Below are positions 39,089-46,364 of a DNA stretch of 47,650 bases, one piece after another (position 1 is the stretch's first letter; every line of letters begins with the position of its first letter). The translations under genes and the position numbers were made by a program. This DNA is from a virus (taxonomy: Duplodnaviria; Heunggongvirae; Uroviricota; Caudoviricetes). The stretch is from IMG/VR virus record IMGVR_UViG_2541047798_000009, one strand, 5' to 3'. The notes under the pieces are model-generated. The model made no database searches. It was given only the letters and a program-made list of their open reading frames with translations, and was not told the DNA's origin.

Positions 39089-39289
39089 CTAACTATTTGT
39101 TTTCCGTAATGGAGAAAAAATGAGGCTCTCTTTAGATAATTTGAGGGTTGGTGAAACTTTAGATACCGCTTCCTCAATTCTTTCAGCCATTGCAACTGAG
39201 GGGCGCCTAAAACCCAGAGCCATCTGGTTCAGGTATGCAACGCTAGTCCCAGATAACTGTGCCAGCCGCCTCCATTCATCCGCGCTCAT
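39089..39289 (-). CDS. Cro-like HTH regulator (about 66 aa; alternative starts at 39322 or 39334)
   Basis: MSADEWRRLAQLSGTSVAYLNQMALGFRRPSVAMAERIEEA is a Cro/YdaS-type HTH; divergent from the repressor gene across operator palindromes. Confidence 0.6.
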   Translation of the reverse strand: MSADEWRRLAQLSGTSVAYLNQMALGFRRPSVAMAERIEEAVSKVSPTLKLSKESLIFSPLRKTNS

Positions 39290-39344
39290 GACTCCTCTGA
39301 TTGAGAGCAATACACTGGACATAAAAAACCCCATACTGTATTGG

Positions 39345-39416
39345 TTATTAGCAACGTGCTAACATTAGCACATGAGATCACAATACAGCAATACGCTGTA
39401 AAGCATTTAGCTAACA
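39345..39416. promoter_or_regulatory. O_R-like operator region with TTAGCA/TGCTAA half-sites
   Basis: 15-bp perfect palindrome TTAGCAacgTGCTAA (39348-39362), a TTAGCA half-site (39365-39370) and palindrome TTAGCTAA (39407-39414) between the divergent regulators. Confidence 0.55.
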
Positions 39417-39427
39417 ATGAGACAAGC

Positions 39428-39883
39428 ATGGAAATCAAAGATATTCGCTTAAAAAATCTACAGACGGTAATCCAACGCAGCGGCTTAACCCAGACAGATC
39501 TGGCGTTAAAATGTGAGATATCACCCTCACTTATAAGCCAAATAATGACTAAGCGCAGAAATATGGGAACTGCTCTCGCTAGAAAACTCGAGGGGCGACT
39601 GAGCCTATCAGAAGGATGGTTTGACATCCCCCACTCATTGCTGGATTCCCCATGGCATCTAGCTAAAATGAGGGAAAAGACTGGTGAGACCACTATTGAT
39701 GAACAGCAACTAACTAAAAGAGAGACTCGACTTATTGAGTTATTCAGACAAATGCCTGAAAGCGAAAAAGACAGGATAATCAGTGAGTTATCTGAAAAGA
39801 AACGTAATTTTGACAAACTACTTGATGAGCTAATGGCTGTTAAAGCATCAAGAATGCCGATCGACAAAGACGAAAATGAATAA
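39428..39883 (+). CDS. CI-like repressor with N-terminal HTH and no LexA-type S24 peptidase domain (151 aa)
   Basis: HTH LKNLQTVIQRSGLTQTDLALKCEISPSLISQIMTKRRNMGTALARKLE; C-terminal half is coiled-coil-like with no Ala-Gly/Ser-Lys autocleavage motifs; the track start 39341 is a TTG inside the operators. Confidence 0.6.
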   Translation: MEIKDIRLKNLQTVIQRSGLTQTDLALKCEISPSLISQIMTKRRNMGTALARKLEGRLSLSEGWFDIPHSLLDSPWHLAKMREKTGETTIDEQQLTKRETRLIELFRQMPESEKDRIISELSEKKRNFDKLLDELMAVKASRMPIDKDENE

Positions 39884-39917
39884 TAAATACAACGCACTAT
39901 AAAAAAAACAGCAAATA

Positions 39918-39989
39918 TTAGCATTTTGCTATTGTCAAGAATAACGCATAGCGCTACATTCACCTCAGCAAGTAAAAACAAGTGAGGTG
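39918..39989 (+). promoter_or_regulatory. P_L-like promoter with operator palindrome TAGCAtttTGCTA and an RBS-sequestering hairpin
   Basis: Palindrome at 39919-39931 matching the O_R motif; -35 TTGTCA (39932-39937), -10 TACATT (39955-39960); inverted repeat CACCTCA (39961-39967) / TGAGGTG (39983-39989) whose right arm contains the GAGGTG Shine-Dalgarno. Confidence 0.45.
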
Positions 39990-39995
39990 AATGTA

Positions 39996-40439
39996 ATGTT
40001 AAATGATAAACATGACTCTTATTCCGTAAACTCTCTGTTGATTTGTGCTCAAGCGGCACTATTAGGCGGTACCGCTTCAAACCATGACGTCATCAACCTC
40101 TTAGATGTTGCACAAGACATCATCTCTTCAACTATGAATTCCTTTACAGATAGTAGCGCTCCCGGCGCTAATGTTGATTTATTTACCAAAGAAGTTAGCG
40201 CTAGTAATTCCCCAGCATTATCTTTCGGTCAACGTATTCTCCAAGCGCGTAAATCAGCAAGTCTTCAACAACATCATATTGCCAGCGGTGCTGGAGTGAC
40301 TGTTCAGGCTGTTTCGTTATGGGAAAATGACTCAGCAATTCCTACTTGCGACAAAATTATCCCATTGGCAAATCTTCTTGGCTGCGATCCAATGTGGTTA
40401 CTGACTGGTGCTTATAAACAAAATCAGGAGGAAGCATAA
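39996..40439 (+). CDS. Hypothetical protein with C-terminal XRE-type HTH (147 aa) at the N-gene position
   Basis: C-terminal SFGQRILQARKSASLQQHHIASGAGVTVQAVSLWENDSAIPTCDKIIPLANLLGCDPMWLL is an HTH_XRE pattern; ATG 6 nt after GAGGTG. Confidence 0.55.
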   Translation: MLNDKHDSYSVNSLLICAQAALLGGTASNHDVINLLDVAQDIISSTMNSFTDSSAPGANVDLFTKEVSASNSPALSFGQRILQARKSASLQQHHIASGAGVTVQAVSLWENDSAIPTCDKIIPLANLLGCDPMWLLTGAYKQNQEEA

Positions 40440-40440
40440 G

Positions 40441-40632
40441 ATGAAAATGTTCAAAGGCCTCACCAACGAACCGGAAACAGCTTTTCATCACATTGCCGTA
40501 CTGCTTGAAGCGGGGTTAATCATTTCGGCTTCCGGTGATGAAGAATGTGATGAACTTTCGGATGATATCTTTTTACTGGCACAACAATACGCCAGAAGCG
40601 CATGCGATGCATTTAAGGAGCAAAGAACATGA
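40441..40632 (+). CDS. Hypothetical small acidic protein (63 aa)
   Basis: ATG 2 nt after the previous stop, AGGAGG upstream. Confidence 0.45.
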   Translation: MKMFKGLTNEPETAFHHIAVLLEAGLIISASGDEECDELSDDIFLLAQQYARSACDAFKEQRT

Positions 40633-40820
40633 TAACTCCATTAAATATTCTTGAGGAAGTGGCAGCACAAATAAAAGAGAATACATCCATGCTTGAATTT
40701 ATATTTAAGAATTCGCCTGATTCAGGAGAGACAGACGATTATTTATGTTGCCTCATTCGCTCCATGAATAAAACCTGTGAAATGGCTTACGCGTATATCG
40801 ACACACTGCGCAACGAATAA
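40629..40820 (+). CDS. Hypothetical small protein (63 aa)
   Basis: Start overlaps the previous stop by 4 nt (ATGA). Confidence 0.45.
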   Translation: MITPLNILEEVAAQIKENTSMLEFIFKNSPDSGETDDYLCCLIRSMNKTCEMAYAYIDTLRNE

Positions 40821-41004
40821 AGAAAACTCAATAAACAATCACCCATAAAAACATAACGGCCTCTGGTCGGGAATTTCCACAACCTGAAAATGGTGGTGAT
40901 GCATGAAAAACAGAAGTGCTTATAAAACCGCATTATTAATGGCTAATGCAGGATACTGGTCAGTTGCAATACTGTTTCTCAGAAAAGCATACGGGAAATA
41001 ACAA

Positions 41005-41364
41005 ATGACACATGAACCCATTAATACATATCGTCGCCGTATAGCTGTTGCGGCACTCCATCGAATAAAACGTAAAACAGGTGGTAATCTGCTTATTGTT
41101 GACCTTCCGGATGGGAACATTACGACCATAGAAATAACTGAACAGTTTATAAACCAGTTGCTGTTACGCTTCGAAGGTATTACCCGTGGTGAATTGGGCC
41201 GGGTGGAGGGTGAAACCGAAATCCACACTGCATACCAGAATGCTATCGGGATTAATCAACATACTGAATACCTGACTGAAACCGGAAAGTTAATTATAGA
41301 CAACCTTTTTCAAGAGGTTATTGATTACGCGAAAGAAAAATATATCAGCGGAGGAATTAACTGA
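41005..41364 (+). CDS. Hypothetical protein (119 aa)
   Basis: ORF in the early-left operon; coupled to the next ORF. Confidence 0.45.
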   Translation: MTHEPINTYRRRIAVAALHRIKRKTGGNLLIVDLPDGNITTIEITEQFINQLLLRFEGITRGELGRVEGETEIHTAYQNAIGINQHTEYLTETGKLIIDNLFQEVIDYAKEKYISGGIN

Positions 41365-41579
41365 TGGCTAATTTATCCCCTGTATCTGTTGTGCACGAAA
41401 AAGTGCAGATCGTTATGACAATTGAAAATGGCCAAGTCACAGGTGTCTGCAAAGTCCGCGATGGCGAGCTGATTGCCAGCATGGATACATTCATACGGCT
41501 GGCAGAAAGAGCGGGGTATCAGATAACAGCACCTGCTCAGGAGGAAACCGGTGGCATTAACAGCAACACGCATTCCTGA
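41364..41579 (+). CDS. Hypothetical protein (71 aa)
   Basis: Start overlaps the previous stop (ATGA/TGATG-type coupling). Confidence 0.45.
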   Translation: MANLSPVSVVHEKVQIVMTIENGQVTGVCKVRDGELIASMDTFIRLAERAGYQITAPAQEETGGINSNTHS

Positions 41580-41765
41580 GCGGATCCACCGGCAGGCATT
41601 GCAGGTCCTGTTGTTGTACCGATGCCGACGGATATTTCCGCATCGGATACAGCGCACCGGATATCTCAGTCTGAAGGTTAACCGTCGCTGGCGGCTGTTA
41701 TCGAAAGACGACGGCCGGAACTGGGAAGTAATGAGTCATGAACGTTATTCGGGAGAAATAAAGAA

Positions 41766-42158
41766 ATGATCGACAACCGCACCGCCAGCGCCATTGACCA
41801 GGCATTACAGAAACATGATACACCCGTCGGCCCGTTATTTTTTGTAACACGCCACGGAAGAACAAAAAAATGCCTCACTCGAAAAACGGCAATTCGTTAC
41901 CTGGCCTTCTTTATGACCACCCGCGCTTTTGAACGTTCAGGATTCCGACAACGCTATCCTGACAAGCGTTTTATCTTCAACAGGAATGAGATATGGAAAC
42001 GTGGAGAATCAACCACAGAGTATACCCGCGCACACCAGCGAACAATCAGACGACTGCGCAGACTCATCGCCAGGAAACAGTATACAGAAAAATGGTTCAG
42101 AAAATATGACACATGGAGCGCCGGATATTACGAACTGATGGCAACAAAACCATTCTGA
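41766..42158 (+). CDS. Hypothetical strongly basic protein (130 aa)
   Basis: Arg/Lys-rich ORF (…TIRRLRRLIARKQYTEKWFRKY…) suggesting nucleic-acid binding; no domain recognised. Confidence 0.45.
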   Translation: MIDNRTASAIDQALQKHDTPVGPLFFVTRHGRTKKCLTRKTAIRYLAFFMTTRAFERSGFRQRYPDKRFIFNRNEIWKRGESTTEYTRAHQRTIRRLRRLIARKQYTEKWFRKYDTWSAGYYELMATKPF

Positions 42159-42218
42159 CGTAAACGAAATTAACCATGACGCAATTAAATAAGGCAAGCC
42201 GAATACATCAGGAGGACC

Positions 42219-42407
42219 ATGAACATTTATTTCAGAATAGTTATATCACTGGCAATTATCACATGTATTTACGGATTAATCGTTCCGGCCCTCATATCAA
42301 TGAAGGATACGGTAGCAGTGATTTCTGGCTTTGCTCTGGCGTGTCTGACCCCGCCCTGCATTTATGCCATTTATAAGGGTCTTTCTTTTTCTAAGGATAA
42401 AAGATGA
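42219..42407 (+). CDS. Small two-helix membrane protein (62 aa)
   Basis: Two hydrophobic helices (IVISLAIITCIYGLIVPALI and VISGFALACLTPPCIYAIY); its stop overlaps the SPFH gene start by 4 nt. Confidence 0.5.
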   Translation: MNIYFRIVISLAIITCIYGLIVPALISMKDTVAVISGFALACLTPPCIYAIYKGLSFSKDKR

Positions 42408-43231
42408 AAAAATTACTTTTTGCTTTAGCCCTTGTTCTGCCGACCATTGGCCTTGTCGGTTGCGATCGCGTTGAGCCTGGTAATGTGGGCATCAAAGTAA
42501 ACAAACTGGGCGACGATAAAGGCGTCGGTGAAGTGGTCGGTGTTGGGCGCTACTGGACGGGATGGAACACTGAGGTTTACATCTTCCCGACCTTTAAGCA
42601 GATGAAGACCTACGATGATCCATTCAGTTTCCAGATGAGTGACGGTACAACCATCGGCTATCACATCGGCGTGGCCTACAAAGTTGATCCATCCAAAGTT
42701 ACCACAGTCTTTCAGACCTACCGCAAAGGCGTGGACGACATTACCGACACCGACCTGCGCCAGAAGATAGCCGACGCACTCAACCGACTGGCCAGCAAAA
42801 TGACCACCGACAAATTTATCGACGGCGGCAAGTCTGAGCTGCTGGATGCAGCTCTTAAAGACATTCAGGAAGAAATGACGCCCATCGGTATTCAGGTAAT
42901 GAGCCTCTCATATGTGGGTAAGCCGGAGTACCCGCCTACTGTTATCGACAGCATTAATGCCAAAGTCACGGCGAACCAGAAAACCCTGCAACGCGAGCAG
43001 GAAGTAAAACAGCGCGAAGCGGAAGCCAACATGTTGCGCGCGGAAGCTGCCGGACAGGCAGATGCGATTCGCACAAAAGCCCAGGCCGAAGCCGATGCTA
43101 TTCGTTTACGCGGTGAAGCTCTGCGCCAGAACCCCGGTGTTATGGAGCTGGAAGCCATCAACAAGTGGAACGGTACACTGCCGCAATACATGACCAGCGG
43201 TGCCAACACACCATTTATTCAGGTTAAGTAA
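42404..43231 (+). CDS. SPFH/band-7 (HflC/prohibitin-like) lipoprotein (275 aa)
   Basis: Lipobox LVGC after the signal peptide; SPFH-like core and an Ala/Glu/Arg/Gln-rich coiled-coil tail (…QREAEANMLRAEAAGQADAIRTKAQAEADAIRLRGEA…). Confidence 0.65.
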   Translation: MKKLLFALALVLPTIGLVGCDRVEPGNVGIKVNKLGDDKGVGEVVGVGRYWTGWNTEVYIFPTFKQMKTYDDPFSFQMSDGTTIGYHIGVAYKVDPSKVTTVFQTYRKGVDDITDTDLRQKIADALNRLASKMTTDKFIDGGKSELLDAALKDIQEEMTPIGIQVMSLSYVGKPEYPPTVIDSINAKVTANQKTLQREQEVKQREAEANMLRAEAAGQADAIRTKAQAEADAIRLRGEALRQNPGVMELEAINKWNGTLPQYMTSGANTPFIQVK

Positions 43232-43274
43232 TACATATGCCCGGTATTACACGTCGGGCTGTCTGGAGATAAAA

Positions 43275-44024
43275 ATGAATATTGTAACCATCAACAACAA
43301 ACAGTTTCCGGTAATCGAATATCGCGGTCAGCGTGTTGTGACATTTGCAATAATTGATGACGTCCACCAGCGCCCGGAAGGTACCGCCCGTGCTGCGTTT
43401 AACCGCAACCGTTCTCACTTTATCGAAGGGGTGGATTTTCTTGAAATGACTGCGGACGTAATACGTACGGAGTCACTTTCTGATGCCTTTGCCGCGCGAA
43501 CTGCCAAAGGGATCATTCTTTTCGAGTCTGGTTACCTGATGTTGACGAAGCCTTTTAACGATACTCTTGCATGGCAGGTTCAGCGCGAACTGGTTAACAG
43601 CTATTTCCGAACTCACGCGCCGCTGACGGAAATGGAGATGATCGCTGCAATGGCCGCCGATGCCGTTCGCCAGCAGAAGCGCCTGAGTCATGTTGAAGAG
43701 AAGATCGAAACAGTCACCAAAGCTGTGGAGAACATCAAACGCGGCACAATGCGCACCGGATATGTCGGTTACCGCCAGGTGGTAGCCAAAAGCGGAATGA
43801 GTGACGCCAAGTGCCGGAATCTGGTCAACGCCTACCACATCCCTACCGACACGCACGAATTTATGACTCCGGACGGTCTGTTGTCTCGCAGGGCTATCGT
43901 CGAGCTTGAGACATTTATGGCGGCATTCCACCAAATGATGTCAGAGGCTGAACCACGCGGCACACGCTGGTATCACCCGAAGATGGGGCTTTTCCAGGTA
44001 ATCGGATGGGAGGATAAAGCATGA
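43275..44024 (+). CDS. ORF6N-domain protein (putative antirepressor, 249 aa)
   Basis: N-terminal FPVIEYRGQRVVTFAIIDDVHQRPEGTARAAFNRNRSHFIEGVDF fits the ORF6N/AntA-type domain found in phage antirepressors. Confidence 0.55.
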   Translation: MNIVTINNKQFPVIEYRGQRVVTFAIIDDVHQRPEGTARAAFNRNRSHFIEGVDFLEMTADVIRTESLSDAFAARTAKGIILFESGYLMLTKPFNDTLAWQVQRELVNSYFRTHAPLTEMEMIAAMAADAVRQQKRLSHVEEKIETVTKAVENIKRGTMRTGYVGYRQVVAKSGMSDAKCRNLVNAYHIPTDTHEFMTPDGLLSRRAIVELETFMAAFHQMMSEAEPRGTRWYHPKMGLFQVIGWEDKA

Positions 44025-44590
44025 TCATCCAGTCAAAACTTATTCGCGCCGCTCTGGTGTGCGCTGCTAAAAACGACGTTCGTTATTACCTGAACGGTCT
44101 TCACATCACGCCAAAACATATTGAGGCAACCAATGGTTCCGTGGCACTGCGCATGACTCACGGCATCCGGACGAAGAAAAACATCATTGTCCAGTTCGAA
44201 GGTGGCGTCCCGGCCAAAGCCGAAACGACAGAGCTGATTTTTAGTAAAGAGCCGATCGCTGTTCATCGCGACCAGTTTCAGCGCCGACTGTCCATTACCG
44301 GCATTAAATTGGTGGACGGTTGTTTTCCGGATTTGGAACGCATCATTCCGAAAAAATTTGACCTCTGTACACACCCGGTGATCCAGGCGGGTTACCTGAG
44401 TTATCCAGAGAAGATGTTTGGTCGTGAGCGTAAATTTATTCCCGTCCAGTTACGTCCCTCCGGTGACGGGCAAGCGGTCAGAATTCAGTTTGATTCCATC
44501 ATCAACTCAATGTATGGCAATCCTGAATTTGTTGTGATGCCTTGTCGTGATCATGGCGATTTCAACGTGGCTCAGGAGCATCCGGAATGA
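44021..44590 (+). CDS. Hypothetical protein (189 aa)
   Basis: ORF coupled (4-nt overlap) to the antirepressor-like gene; no confident domain. Confidence 0.45.
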   Translation: MIIQSKLIRAALVCAAKNDVRYYLNGLHITPKHIEATNGSVALRMTHGIRTKKNIIVQFEGGVPAKAETTELIFSKEPIAVHRDQFQRRLSITGIKLVDGCFPDLERIIPKKFDLCTHPVIQAGYLSYPEKMFGRERKFIPVQLRPSGDGQAVRIQFDSIINSMYGNPEFVVMPCRDHGDFNVAQEHPE

Positions 44591-44820
44591 AAATCGAATA
44601 CCAGGACTACGGAGCCGTAGCGAACATCGTGATCACCTGCACCGTGTTCGAATTTCGTAAACATAACCGGGTGGTGGATGCTGCATTGCTTTGCACGCCG
44701 GACGTTATTGCAACTCACAGTGGTGTGTTTTTCATGAAGTCGGTTTTGTCCGGTAAAACCCGCGATATGTTGCGGGCATATAAAACAGCACAGGGAGAGG
44801 TCGGGCGTGAGCGGGATTGA
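44587..44820 (+). CDS. Hypothetical protein (77 aa)
   Basis: Coupled small ORF in the early-left operon. Confidence 0.4.
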   Translation: MKIEYQDYGAVANIVITCTVFEFRKHNRVVDAALLCTPDVIATHSGVFFMKSVLSGKTRDMLRAYKTAQGEVGRERD

Positions 44821-45172
44821 TTATCAGGCACTGCGTGAGGCAGCAGTAGCAATTGAAACAGTGGCAACGCCTCAAAAATTGCAGGCGTTTCGGATGAAGG
44901 TCACACCGTCGGTGGTACTGGCGCTGCTGGATGAAATTAAGCGCCTGGAGGACACAAATATTGATGCTATGTGCCGAATTGCAGAACTGGAAGCGAGGGA
45001 AGTCGAGTTACCGGACGGCTACGAACCCCGTATGGGCCACCCAATAAATAGCGGTGAGCGGGTGGTAATGATGCCGCACCACTTTGGTGGATGGCTGGAC
45101 CGCTTCGACGTCGAGCACGCATTGCAGGCAGCGGGGATCAAATTCAAAACAGCGGGGGTTGAGTACGAATGA
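44807..45172 (+). CDS. Ead/Ea22-like protein (121 aa)
   Basis: MSGIDYQALREAAVAIETVATPQKLQAF...PSVVLALLDEIKRLED resembles the conserved Ead/Ea22 N-terminal region as recalled. Confidence 0.5.
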   Translation: MSGIDYQALREAAVAIETVATPQKLQAFRMKVTPSVVLALLDEIKRLEDTNIDAMCRIAELEAREVELPDGYEPRMGHPINSGERVVMMPHHFGGWLDRFDVEHALQAAGIKFKTAGVEYE

Positions 45173-45402
45173 TTGAGGGTATTAGCAATAAATCGTTGAA
45201 CACAGCATGTGTCGACGGTGGGTTGTTGTACAAAGTGACGTTTACGCAAATCGACAACGAAGATAACGCATTCACTGTGATTTACACGTCGCCAGCGATG
45301 GCGCAGAAGTGGGTGGATCTGCACAGGCTATGTGGTTTTCGTGTTGAGTGGGGGTGTTATGAGATGCGATGCAGATGGCATCATCGGGGGGATGAAAAAT
45401 GA
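45169..45402 (+). CDS. Hypothetical protein (77 aa)
   Basis: Coupled small ORF. Confidence 0.4.
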   Translation: MIEGISNKSLNTACVDGGLLYKVTFTQIDNEDNAFTVIYTSPAMAQKWVDLHRLCGFRVEWGCYEMRCRWHHRGDEK

Positions 45403-45593
45403 GCACTACGCTTGAGCAATGGCTGGAACAGCAGCACGGCAAAATTGATGTTGATTGCGGCTGTGTGAGCACTGAAACGCTTATGCACTGGATGCGTGTG
45501 GCGTATGAGGCTGGCAACTCTCCGGTAACTCCGGATGGTTGGATAAGCTGTAGTGAGCGAATGCCGGACGACAGGCAGGAGGTGAATCAATGA
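45399..45593 (+). CDS. Hypothetical protein (64 aa), possibly DUF551-like
   Basis: Contains ...PDGWISCSERMPDD..., reminiscent of DUF551 phage proteins; weak. Confidence 0.35.
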   Translation: MSTTLEQWLEQQHGKIDVDCGCVSTETLMHWMRVAYEAGNSPVTPDGWISCSERMPDDRQEVNQ

Positions 45594-45677
45594 GCTGGCC
45601 TGATGCAATCGTAACTCTGGGGGTGGTATTCGCAGCAGCGTTTGTTGTGTTCTCGATTTGTCGATGGGGATAACCAC

Positions 45678-45920
45678 ATGTTCGCTTTGATTCAACGCGG
45701 TCAGATATACACGGACAGAGCTGGATACCCCGTGGTGATTACTCGCATCACTGAGCACTCAGTGTTCTTTCGACGGATGGACGGACGATCCGGGCGGGTA
45801 CGCATTGGTGAGTTAAACTGCCTGTTCGAACATATTGACCACCAGGAGTACCGCAAAATTCTCGCGGACACTGAGCAGGAAAAGCACCTGAAAAAATTAC
45901 GAGCCATAAAAAGGAAGTAA
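45678..45920 (+). CDS. Hypothetical protein (80 aa)
   Basis: ORF starting MFALIQRGQIYTDRAGYPVVITRI...; the track start 45642 is an upstream extension. Confidence 0.4.
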   Translation: MFALIQRGQIYTDRAGYPVVITRITEHSVFFRRMDGRSGRVRIGELNCLFEHIDHQEYRKILADTEQEKHLKKLRAIKRK

Positions 45921-46076
45921 AGAATGAATAAAGCATTTGAACGATGGGTCCACCAGCGTTACGGCAATCGCTATGACCTGACGCGAGATGTTGACGGCTT
46001 CTACTGTCGTGAAGTTGTGAAGCGAATGGTTGAAGTGTGGTGCCACTGCCGTGGATGAAAATTTTATGAGGTTGGC

Positions 46077-46364
46077 ATGCAGACAATCATCTATCAGATA
46101 ACCCCCAGCAAATGGTGTACGGAGAGAGTCCTCATTGCATCAACAGGGCTAAAGCCTGGCACCATTGAGCGGGCAAGAAGAAAGTCATGGATGCAGGGAA
46201 AAGAATACCGCCATTACGCTGTAGAAGGTGATCCGGGGCACTACAGTGAATGCCTGTACAACACGAAGAAATTATGCGATGGATCGAAAACCAGAAACAA
46301 CCAGGTGCCAAAAATGCAAGTTCCGGTTAACCTGTTAATGCTCCTGGACGTCTGGGAGGTTTAA
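46077..46364 (+). CDS. Excisionase-like protein (95 aa)
   Basis: Small basic ORF immediately upstream of and coupled to the integrase gene. Confidence 0.5.
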   Translation: MQTIIYQITPSKWCTERVLIASTGLKPGTIERARRKSWMQGKEYRHYAVEGDPGHYSECLYNTKKLCDGSKTRNNQVPKMQVPVNLLMLLDVWEV

